DNA of 64,000 bases from a virus, in IMG/VR virus record IMGVR_UViG_3300010412_000002, positions 32,001 through 96,000 of that record; one strand, given 5' to 3'. Made by a program: the position numbers and the translations under genes. The notes under the pieces were generated by a model. That model was not told the DNA's origin, searched no databases, and worked only from the letters and a program-made list of their open reading frames with translations. The stretch's first letter is position 1. Each line of letters begins with the position of its first letter. Below, one piece after another: positions 37,434 to 45,747 of the stretch.

Positions 37434-37697
37434 ATGAAACAGACTAATACTATTAATTTTTCGCAAAACGCGATTGAAACTATTGAACCTACTCTTGAAA
37501 CTATTAATAAGTTAACTCAAGAGATTCTAAATCTAAATTCTCAATTAGAAGTTTTTATTAAAGGGTTTGCTTCCGCTCAGAATATTCCTGACGGAGCTGT
37601 TTTAAAGCTGTCACAAGATGGCAAACAATTGCTTGTCTTCGAGAAAGAAATCGAAGAGCAAGAAGAACCCACAAAATCTAAAACTAAAAAGAAATGA
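37434..37697 (+). CDS. Small coiled-coil protein (possible fibre chaperone)
   Basis: Heptad pattern; located among fibre genes. Confidence 0.5.
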   Translation: MKQTNTINFSQNAIETIEPTLETINKLTQEILNLNSQLEVFIKGFASAQNIPDGAVLKLSQDGKQLLVFEKEIEEQEEPTKSKTKKK

Positions 37698-38365
37698 GTT
37701 TAAGAAATAATAGATATTTTACTCTCTGGCAAAACTCAGATGATAGAGAACTAATATTGCTAGATGACGTAAAGAACTTGCGCCATCTTGTAACTGCGTT
37801 AGATCCAGCTTTAGCAGATGCTGCGTTGGACTACTTTGCAATTCATGACAGATCTTCTGGCCATGCAAAGCAATTTACTATTAATGATCTTGTTACCCTC
37901 TTAAGTACACTTGGTGTTGGTGGGGGAGTAATTCAGTATAATACTGGAGATGTAACAATCACAGCTTCTGACACAGGTGTAACAGCTAGTAGAGATGCAG
38001 TCAATGGCATCGTTACTATTACTGTTCCAGAAGATGTACACCTTTTCGGAGCCAACGTATATGGTGTTCAAACAGACACAGATTCATCTAACAACCTTAA
38101 AATCAAAGTTGTATATACTAATGAAACTGTTGTTAACCAAAATACTAGAACTGCAGATATTCCACAAGTAGAATTTGTCGATCTTACTATTCCTTACGCA
38201 TCTAATGGCGGAGTAGTATCTGAAACATATCCAGGTGTTTATGCTAAAACATCTGCAAAGGATGTTTCTCTAGTAACCGCAGAACTTGATGGTTCTGATG
38301 CAGTGCTCCAAGTTAAAGTAGAGAGCATTGTAGAAACTAACTTTTTAATAAAATTAACATTTTAA
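37694..38365 (+). CDS. Fibre-associated protein
   Basis: ATGA coupling; DYFAIHD linker similar to DYFVIYD and DTLGIYD in neighbouring fibre genes. Confidence 0.55.
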   Translation: MSLRNNRYFTLWQNSDDRELILLDDVKNLRHLVTALDPALADAALDYFAIHDRSSGHAKQFTINDLVTLLSTLGVGGGVIQYNTGDVTITASDTGVTASRDAVNGIVTITVPEDVHLFGANVYGVQTDTDSSNNLKIKVVYTNETVVNQNTRTADIPQVEFVDLTIPYASNGGVVSETYPGVYAKTSAKDVSLVTAELDGSDAVLQVKVESIVETNFLIKLTF

Positions 38366-38367
38366 GA

Positions 38368-40431
38368 ATGAAACGTATTGTAATATTTATATTAACCATA
38401 CTGCCATTCTTAGGGTATTCTCAAGTAGAAGAAGACTTTGGGGGAAGATTTATCTTCTACCATGACACACTTATCCCTACTACGGAAAGCTTTTATGTGG
38501 AAGGTATTTATGCCCATCCACGTAACGCGTACACCGCAGACTCTGCATCAGTAGGAGATATCATTGTGGATTGCGATTGCAATGCTTTCGTAATTGATAC
38601 TATTCACTCTGTATTGTCTAACATTCTTTCTCTTACGATTACACCCCAAGATACGTCAGTGAATGATATTCGTTCCTGCACAGGCGGTATTCTTAGAGCT
38701 AAATCTCCACCAAATGGAAATTATGCTTTTCCTGCTGGAGTTCCTGATAACATAGCAGATTGTATTCTAAACTTTAACTTATCAAATACCTACGATATCT
38801 TATTTAGTACAGATACACTTTATATTGCAGCTGATACACTCTATCTTATAGTAAAAGGAAATACTCAAAAGATACCTCTATCTAGTATTAATGATGGTAA
38901 TGGTATTTACAGCGGTGATGGGGTCTTAGTGACAGAGACTGATGTTACTCAGAATGCCTTTAAGATCAACTTTAGCTCTGATGTAAATGGCAGCTACGGG
39001 GGCAGATTTAGTAACTTAGGAACTGGTGGTACTGGTGTTCAAGGTATTGGGAAAGGATATGGAGTAAGAGCTACTGGATCTAGTATAGCTGATGCTGTTG
39101 GATTATGGGCAGAGAATACCTCAGCTTCTGCTTATACCGTACTCATAGCAAATTATTCAACTGCCAATGGTATACTACCAATGATGTCTTTTCAAAGACC
39201 TTCTGCCACAACTGCTGCGATAGGAGATGGAACCGGAATTGAATTTCAGGCAAAGAATGGTTTTGGTGGGAATCCAATTTATTTAAAGATTCAAGGATAC
39301 TTGTCAGATCTATCTAGTGGGGCTGAAGACGGTGTGTTTACTGTTAAACTTATGGAAGAAGGAGCAACAGCTGCTGATAGGCTCACTCTGGCTTCTACAG
39401 GAGCATTAACACTTCAAGGATATGCTAATGCTGCGTTAGTAAATGCTGACTCTTCTCTGTATGCTATGACTCTAGACGAAACTGGAGACGTGCATGCAGT
39501 AGCTGTAAGTGGACTTGCAGATGGGTTCATCGGAACTACTAATGCTACTCTTACGAGTAATCGTACTATTACTAACGCAGGTTTTAGTTTCATTATGTCT
39601 AATAATACTTCTACTACTACTTTCAGAGCAAACAATACTGCAGCTAGTGGTACCGCTATTTATGGTAACTCTACTTTAAGTTATGGAGTTCGTGGTTATT
39701 CTGGATCTAATTACGGTGGATATTTTGAAAGTAATGGTGCTAGCAGTGGGGCGTTATATGTGAATAATACTTCAACTGGTACTGGGGCTGTTATTGGTGC
39801 TAATTCTGGAATCGCTCTAATTGCAGGATCTACAGGTCAAATAGCTATACGTGCTAGTGAAGACGGATCTACTACTAATACTGTTGTAGATGTGTTTGAA
39901 ATGGCTACAACCACTAGTGGTACAGCTGCTGATGGCTATGGTATAGGAATGAGATTTACTGCTGAACAAGCTTCTGGATCTAGTACTACGATGGGATCAG
40001 TAGATATGTATTGGGAAGATGCTACTAACGTAAACCCGGAACTTAGAATACAAATGCGTGAAGAAGGTTCTGCTGAAACTACTAAGTTAACTTTGGAGTC
40101 TACTGGTATTATGACTCTTCAATCTGGTGTACGTGATAATGTACTATCGGAAGTATCTTCTACTACCACTGCTACTTTATACAAAACTCTACCAGTAAAC
40201 ACTACTGGTGGTGGATTTGATATTGATGTTCCAACTGCACCTGTTGCAGGTGATTGGTTTGCTGTAGTTGACTCTCGTGGACAAGCTGGTAGTAATAACA
40301 TTACCGTAAACTTTACTGGAGCCACCGTAAATTTCCATGGAGCTAGCAACGATTATGTCCTTGTAGCTACCAATGAGTATGCTCGTTTCACCTATGTAAA
40401 TGCTACAGTAGGTTGGGTTAAATCTAACTAA
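38368..40431 (+). CDS. Fibre-like protein with apparent Sec signal peptide
   Basis: MKRIVIFILTILPFLGYS-Q; G/S/T-rich beta repeats; C-terminal PTAPVAGDWFAVVD..NNITVN..RFTYVNATVGW fibre domain. Confidence 0.7.
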   Translation: MKRIVIFILTILPFLGYSQVEEDFGGRFIFYHDTLIPTTESFYVEGIYAHPRNAYTADSASVGDIIVDCDCNAFVIDTIHSVLSNILSLTITPQDTSVNDIRSCTGGILRAKSPPNGNYAFPAGVPDNIADCILNFNLSNTYDILFSTDTLYIAADTLYLIVKGNTQKIPLSSINDGNGIYSGDGVLVTETDVTQNAFKINFSSDVNGSYGGRFSNLGTGGTGVQGIGKGYGVRATGSSIADAVGLWAENTSASAYTVLIANYSTANGILPMMSFQRPSATTAAIGDGTGIEFQAKNGFGGNPIYLKIQGYLSDLSSGAEDGVFTVKLMEEGATAADRLTLASTGALTLQGYANAALVNADSSLYAMTLDETGDVHAVAVSGLADGFIGTTNATLTSNRTITNAGFSFIMSNNTSTTTFRANNTAASGTAIYGNSTLSYGVRGYSGSNYGGYFESNGASSGALYVNNTSTGTGAVIGANSGIALIAGSTGQIAIRASEDGSTTNTVVDVFEMATTTSGTAADGYGIGMRFTAEQASGSSTTMGSVDMYWEDATNVNPELRIQMREEGSAETTKLTLESTGIMTLQSGVRDNVLSEVSSTTTATLYKTLPVNTTGGGFDIDVPTAPVAGDWFAVVDSRGQAGSNNITVNFTGATVNFHGASNDYVLVATNEYARFTYVNATVGWVKSN

Positions 40432-40433
40432 TT

Positions 40434-40583
40434 ATGGCTTTTTTTCAAATCGTCATTGAGGACGAAATTATGGGGATGATCACTCCCCCAAATAAATTCC
40501 GTAAACTGATCAACCGTTTTAAGAAATGGCTTTGCTGTAAAGTATGCGGATGTAATAAAGAAAATCAAGAAAACAATGGCTAA
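40434..40583 (+). CDS. Small 49-aa Cys-rich ORF below the track cutoff
   Basis: MAFFQIVIEDEIMGMITPPNKFRKLINRFKKWLCCKVCGCNKENQENNG*; fills the gap and overlaps the next start. Confidence 0.55.
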   Translation: MAFFQIVIEDEIMGMITPPNKFRKLINRFKKWLCCKVCGCNKENQENNG

Positions 40584-40938
40584 TCAAGAATCTATCGAAC
40601 TCGCAGTATTCCTTGCGCACTTTGCAAATGGAATCTATTTTTCTGCACAAGATGGGAAAGTAAATTGGACTGACGCATTTCATTTTGTAAATGCTGTTAC
40701 TAAAGCTCCAGCAGCCTTCTCCAATATTAAGTTGGTACCCAGTGAAATCGAGTCCTGGGATGCAGTAGAAAAATCTCAGGTAATTTCATATTTTAAATCT
40801 AACTTGAAATTTGATAAACCTGACCTCGAGAATAATATTGAAGACATCTTTATGGCAGGTGTAACACTTGCTAAAGCAATCGTAGAACTAATCGAAAAAG
40901 AAGAAGATGGCGTGCCCAGTAATCAACCTGAGGTCTGA
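40576..40938 (+). CDS. Hypothetical helical protein
   Basis: DGKVNWTD motif; tiling. Confidence 0.65.
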   Translation: MANQESIELAVFLAHFANGIYFSAQDGKVNWTDAFHFVNAVTKAPAAFSNIKLVPSEIESWDAVEKSQVISYFKSNLKFDKPDLENNIEDIFMAGVTLAKAIVELIEKEEDGVPSNQPEV

Positions 40939-41869
40939 TCTTCTTCTAAATGCCGATGCGGGTGGAACGTGGACGTATAACGGATACTCTGCAACATTTG
41001 ACGGGGACGATGACAATCTAGCTCAGTTTGTCGGAAGCCCCGCTTCACCTCCCGAGGAAACTGCTTCCTTAATTGGTGATGACCCCACCCTTGATCCAAC
41101 TGGTCATACGGTGGGGTTTTATTCTTTTACCTACTCGCTCGTCTCTGGAGGTTGTTCAGCCGATAATAATATAGTGTTGCCTATCATGGCAACGTATACA
41201 GCAGGAGATGATGTCTCCAAAACTATTTGTCAAGATGATAGATCAATATTTAATCTATTTGATCTCATTGATGACTTTGGAGCAAATGGAGTTGATACAG
41301 GAGGAAGTTGGGAACAACTAAATGGGACTCCTAATCCACATCCTGGTTTCTCTAATAATGTAGATCCTACATTAGCAACATTTGACGTATCTGAAATTGA
41401 TTGGCCTAATGATACGTTTCCCATTCATTTTTATTATACTACTCAAGAGCCAGGAGTAGCAGGATTTACGCGAACAAGATGTCCGCAATGCAGTTCTGAT
41501 CATTCGTCGGTCTACATAACAATGACTGGTACATCATGTTGCACAGCATCAACCTATTGCTATCAAGGAACAGTTCTAGATGGGACTACTATATATAAAA
41601 TTACGTACCTAGACGGATCTTTTATAGATAATACTAGTGATGCAATGAATTTCCCGTATACCTTACCTGGGGACAATGCAACATTTGAAGCCGATTTAAA
41701 TAGTTATTTAACAAATAATGGAGGTGGTACTTGTACTATTATTGCGAGTGATCCAGCCCCAACCTATAACACTGTTTATGTAGATATTCCATGTAAGAGA
41801 TTAGATGCTCTGTGTACAACGTCTGACTGTTCGTTATACACTCGATTTACAGGAGGAATATGTATTTAA
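40907..41869 (+). CDS. Cys-rich protein with Bacteroidota adhesin-like repeat
   Basis: DAGGTW; AGDDVSKTIC..NLFDLI..DTGGSW; shares a module with 29909..30643. Confidence 0.6.
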   Translation: MACPVINLRSDLLLNADAGGTWTYNGYSATFDGDDDNLAQFVGSPASPPEETASLIGDDPTLDPTGHTVGFYSFTYSLVSGGCSADNNIVLPIMATYTAGDDVSKTICQDDRSIFNLFDLIDDFGANGVDTGGSWEQLNGTPNPHPGFSNNVDPTLATFDVSEIDWPNDTFPIHFYYTTQEPGVAGFTRTRCPQCSSDHSSVYITMTGTSCCTASTYCYQGTVLDGTTIYKITYLDGSFIDNTSDAMNFPYTLPGDNATFEADLNSYLTNNGGGTCTIIASDPAPTYNTVYVDIPCKRLDALCTTSDCSLYTRFTGGICI

Positions 41870-42291
41870 CTTTTCTTAATATTACAATGACTGATATTGG
41901 AGTCTGGGCGTCGCTATTACCGATCGTAGGATCTGTCATCTTTACCTATGTTCGGTTATCCAGTAGAATGGCACGTATGGAAACTATTCAAGAAGAACAA
42001 GCAAAAGTAATTTCCAGAATAGAATTAGATTCAGATGCTCACTACGATAAGGTATCAAAACAAATTGATGATCTAAAGACTAGTGTTGTTTCTGTAGAAA
42101 AAGCTATCTTAGAAACATCACTAAGACGTAGTGTAGAATATGATAATCTAACTAAACAATTGGATAATATCGCTTCTAGTGTGCACGCACAGGAAGCACG
42201 TATTACTAACCTGGAACTCTTTAATCAACGCATGTATGAGATCCCTATGGAGAATCCTAGACGCCCTAGGAGAAAAGGCAACACGAACTGA
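41860..42291 (+). CDS. TM plus coiled-coil protein (lysis cassette)
   Basis: N-terminal TM then coiled coil; precedes holin- and endolysin-like genes. Confidence 0.55.
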   Translation: MYLTFLNITMTDIGVWASLLPIVGSVIFTYVRLSSRMARMETIQEEQAKVISRIELDSDAHYDKVSKQIDDLKTSVVSVEKAILETSLRRSVEYDNLTKQLDNIASSVHAQEARITNLELFNQRMYEIPMENPRRPRRKGNTN

Positions 42292-42559
42292 TATATGGAC
42301 CCTCTGTGCTATAACGGCGTTTATATGGGCGCTTATTAAATCAGACACAGATATGGTTATATGGTTATTAGGATTTATGTTTGCCGACCTAGGAATTGAA
42401 AAATATACAGATGTACAGAAAGTAAAACACTATGCTGAAACTATTAGAGAAGATCAAAGCGACTCACATCATTATCCTAATACTCGTGGGAGTAATAGCA
42501 ATGTTGTGGATTCGAACCGACTCCTTGAAAAAGGACATGACGGATCTTCTGATGACTAA
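42236..42559 (+). CDS. Putative holin
   Basis: Two short TM helices and a charged tail; lysis context. Confidence 0.5.
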   Translation: MRSLWRILDALGEKATRTDIWTLCAITAFIWALIKSDTDMVIWLLGFMFADLGIEKYTDVQKVKHYAETIREDQSDSHHYPNTRGSNSNVVDSNRLLEKGHDGSSDD

Positions 42560-43181
42560 TGACACTCTCGTAACTTATATAAACGAGTTAGGGCAAAGAG
42601 TATATGATATACCCGTGCAAGTAATTGATCCCACAGTAATAGGAAAGTTACGCGCTGTTGACTCAACTTATAAGGAACTCGATAGGAGAATACGAGCTTT
42701 TGATAAAAAACATAAAGATCTTATGGCTTCAATGGCTCTTGTATTAGAATCAGAAGGAACAGTAAGCTCCACTTACGTTACTAACAACTACTATAGTGAG
42801 GACTCCACAGTATATTCTAAAACATTCCATTATGATGATGGGCTGCTGGATGCGTATACTACGATTCCAAACACTTTAGATAGTATAGAAACTTCTTATA
42901 AAATTAACTTAGGGAAAATGTATATAGATATCTTTAATAAGCGACGAGGCATTTTAAGCCGTTCTGAGCCGCTTTATGATGTCTATGCTACATTCGATAA
43001 CCCCAAAGTTAATCTTTTGTCACAGCGCGTCTCTGTGGGTCTTAGACCCGTTCCTGTGGTCAGTATTACTGCTGGAGGAGGATTTGCAATAGTACAACAC
43101 AACAAACAATTACATTGGGGGCCAAGCCTATACTTAGGAGCAGGAATTCCATTATACACTTTTTATAAACATAAAAGATGA
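42432..43181 (+). CDS. Membrane-anchored spanin-like protein
   Basis: N-terminal TM, periplasmic-like body, C-terminal amphipathic beta hairpin. Confidence 0.5.
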   Translation: MLKLLEKIKATHIIILILVGVIAMLWIRTDSLKKDMTDLLMTNDTLVTYINELGQRVYDIPVQVIDPTVIGKLRAVDSTYKELDRRIRAFDKKHKDLMASMALVLESEGTVSSTYVTNNYYSEDSTVYSKTFHYDDGLLDAYTTIPNTLDSIETSYKINLGKMYIDIFNKRRGILSRSEPLYDVYATFDNPKVNLLSQRVSVGLRPVPVVSITAGGGFAIVQHNKQLHWGPSLYLGAGIPLYTFYKHKR

Positions 43182-43759
43182 TTATTAAAAACTATACCGA
43201 GCTAAGGGATGTCTTACATGGATTAAACTACGTTTTCTATGAGGAACCCTTCAAAATGAATATAGTAGGATTACGAAGAATCATTAATACTAACAACTTT
43301 GATGATGTCTTATACGTAGCTTTTAAAGATGATTATCAAAATGTCTATTTAGAAGATTACTACATTACTACAGATCCCGGAAGGAGTTCTCTTATGAATC
43401 CTAAAAATAGACATGGTACTGCAATTTTGAAAGAAGGACAATACGTAGATACATACGCAATTGATTATCATCGTGGTAACTACCTAGCGTTATGCCAACG
43501 TCTTGGACCAGTAACTGTGTATAGAGACATAGATCGTGATGCAGAATTAGATCTAAATAACTCTACTACAGAAACTGGATTCTTTGGTATTAATATACAT
43601 AAGGCTGGGGTACTTTCTAAACTAGTAGACGGTTGGAGTGCAGGTTGCCAAGTTTTTGCAGATGAGAACGATTTTAAAGCGTTTATGAAACTATGTAAAA
43701 CACATTCAAAAAGACATGGAAACAAGTTTACATATACTCTGCTTAGCTCCGTGTTATAA
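43178..43759 (+). CDS. Putative endolysin, L,D-transpeptidase (YkuD)-like
   Basis: TTDPG; GINIHKAG...WSAGCQV (H...SxGC catalytic pattern). Confidence 0.65.
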   Translation: MIIKNYTELRDVLHGLNYVFYEEPFKMNIVGLRRIINTNNFDDVLYVAFKDDYQNVYLEDYYITTDPGRSSLMNPKNRHGTAILKEGQYVDTYAIDYHRGNYLALCQRLGPVTVYRDIDRDAELDLNNSTTETGFFGINIHKAGVLSKLVDGWSAGCQVFADENDFKAFMKLCKTHSKRHGNKFTYTLLSSVL

Positions 43760-43795
43760 TATTTTATATTTCACTAATAATTAATTATATTTGTC

Positions 43796-44494
43796 ATGAC
43801 TCGTGATGAACATGTATATGCCATTCAGAACCTTCTAAACGCAGGTTCCCCATCGGATGATAATAGATATCCTAATCGTCTAGTTTATCATTTCCTGAAA
43901 GTGGCTCGGGCACGCCTAGTTAAGCAAAAAGCTGACTCTCACCGATTTATTGCAGAAGATAACTATCAATCTTTATGCATGCCACTAATTAAGACTACCT
44001 TCCACGACTGTGACTGTGTTCCTAGTTCGGATTGTTTGATTTTGAGATCGAAGTACAAGATTCCAAAACAATTAATGCCTTACTTTGGTTCCGCACTACA
44101 AGTGTATTATTTCGATGGAAAATCCATCGGGCGTATTGCAACTCCTTCAGCTTCAAAGTTAGAGTACTCTCTTGTAGAAAATCCTGTGACATTCTTTTTT
44201 CACGATGGCTACATCTTTATAACTGGAACTCTAACTTTGAAAGCTGTTCAAATATATGGAGTATTTGAAGATGTTGACAATTTGTCACAATACACAATTT
44301 GCGACGAGTCTGGTGACGATACATCAGTAACTTGCTATAATCCTGAAGAAGACATATTTCCAATGGATGGAGATTTAGTATGGCCTGCTTACAAGATGGT
44401 ACTAGAAATACTTGCACAAAGTAGAATGCAAATGCCAGAAGATAACGAAAATAATGCTAGATCTACAACAACTGTTCAAGACAAAGAAATTTAA
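43796..44494 (+). CDS. Tail ring protein
   Basis: crAss tail block order; YGVFED, FPMDGDL, PEDNENN motifs. Confidence 0.7.
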   Translation: MTRDEHVYAIQNLLNAGSPSDDNRYPNRLVYHFLKVARARLVKQKADSHRFIAEDNYQSLCMPLIKTTFHDCDCVPSSDCLILRSKYKIPKQLMPYFGSALQVYYFDGKSIGRIATPSASKLEYSLVENPVTFFFHDGYIFITGTLTLKAVQIYGVFEDVDNLSQYTICDESGDDTSVTCYNPEEDIFPMDGDLVWPAYKMVLEILAQSRMQMPEDNENNARSTTTVQDKEI

Positions 44495-44921
44495 AGACCA
44501 AGCATCAATACGTCCTAATGATATGTATGAACTCTTTGAGGACAAGACTAAAGTAACTAAAGAAGAGTACATGCTAATTTCAAAAGTATTTAACTATATC
44601 TTAATAGAATATATTATAAATACTGGGGAAGTAATAAGACTTCCAAATAAATTAGGAACTTTAAGTATTCGATCTACTACTCCTAAAAAGAATAGAGCAA
44701 TTAACTTTAAGCATCTAAAAGAGACAGGAGAAAAGATATACCATAAGAACTACGCTACTGAAGGTAAAATGGTAACGTTCTACTGGGATAGATCAACTCC
44801 ATATTGTATAGGAATGAATACACGATTCTTTAAATTTAAACCTACCGAAGCTTCTAAATCTAAGTTAGCAAAAGTAGTAACAGAACAATTGACTATTAAT
44901 AAATATTATCCAAGACCATAA
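44454..44921 (+). CDS. IHF/HU-like protein of the crAss tail block
   Basis: GEVIRLPNKLGTLSI; FKFKPT; position between ring genes. Confidence 0.7.
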   Translation: MLDLQQLFKTKKFKDQASIRPNDMYELFEDKTKVTKEEYMLISKVFNYILIEYIINTGEVIRLPNKLGTLSIRSTTPKKNRAINFKHLKETGEKIYHKNYATEGKMVTFYWDRSTPYCIGMNTRFFKFKPTEASKSKLAKVVTEQLTINKYYPRP

Positions 44922-44922
44922 T

Positions 44923-45747
44923 ATGAATTACCAATATATTCCAATAGATGCTGTTCTATATGACTTGTCTTTGGATATTGACCCACCTCATTACAATGAA
45001 CATAAGTTTCGTGAATGGGCTATTAAAGGTTATCGGAAGCTGCAATCAAAGGATAAGTATGCTGAGAAGGTGGCACTTATCCAGGTAGAGGACCATAAAG
45101 CCCAACTACCTACAGACGTTAAATTCATCAATCAGATTGCATATAAAGAATACTTAGCATCTGATCAAGATCAGGCGCTACTAGATTTATTGGGCATCGG
45201 AGAAACTGAAGCTCAATTTATTAATACTGAGAGTTGGTTGTCAAAACTAAGCCAATCTACTTCGTGGAAACCTATGCGAAGATCTACTAACTCCTTTATT
45301 CATACTGCTAATTTAACATATACTATATTTCCTAATTTAGATACGATTGAGGATTGTTGTCATGAATATACTGTTGACCAAGGTCTATGCATGACTACTA
45401 CATTACGTAACGGATATATATGGTTATCATATTTAGCATATGCTACTGATGACAAATGCCGCATACTTATTCCAGACGATGAAGATCTAAAGGATGCAAT
45501 AGGACATTATTGTATGTACCGATTCTGGAAATCTAAAGTAATTACAGGAGATAGAATGGCAGTAACCGAAAGAGATTGGAACCTTTCCCAGTATCAAACA
45601 TTACTAGCAAAAGCTGCTGGTAAATTAAATATGCCAGATAGTGATGGATTTGAAAACATCAGAACTACCACTACTAGGCTCTTACCACGTACTGATTTTG
45701 CTAGGAGCTTCTACTCTAAACTTAACCAACAAGAACGACTCCCATGA
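44923..45747 (+). CDS. Tail tubular/ring protein
   Basis: VEDHKAQLP; GYIWLSY..D..ILIPD; precedes the muzzle gene. Confidence 0.75.
   Translation: MNYQYIPIDAVLYDLSLDIDPPHYNEHKFREWAIKGYRKLQSKDKYAEKVALIQVEDHKAQLPTDVKFINQIAYKEYLASDQDQALLDLLGIGETEAQFINTESWLSKLSQSTSWKPMRRSTNSFIHTANLTYTIFPNLDTIEDCCHEYTVDQGLCMTTTLRNGYIWLSYLAYATDDKCRILIPDDEDLKDAIGHYCMYRFWKSKVITGDRMAVTERDWNLSQYQTLLAKAAGKLNMPDSDGFENIRTTTTRLLPRTDFARSFYSKLNQQERLP

Noticed and set aside
26086-41869. Diversity-generating retroelement acting on fibre genes
   Set aside because: No reverse transcriptase in the window; repeated modules differ at synonymous positions rather than specifically at adenines
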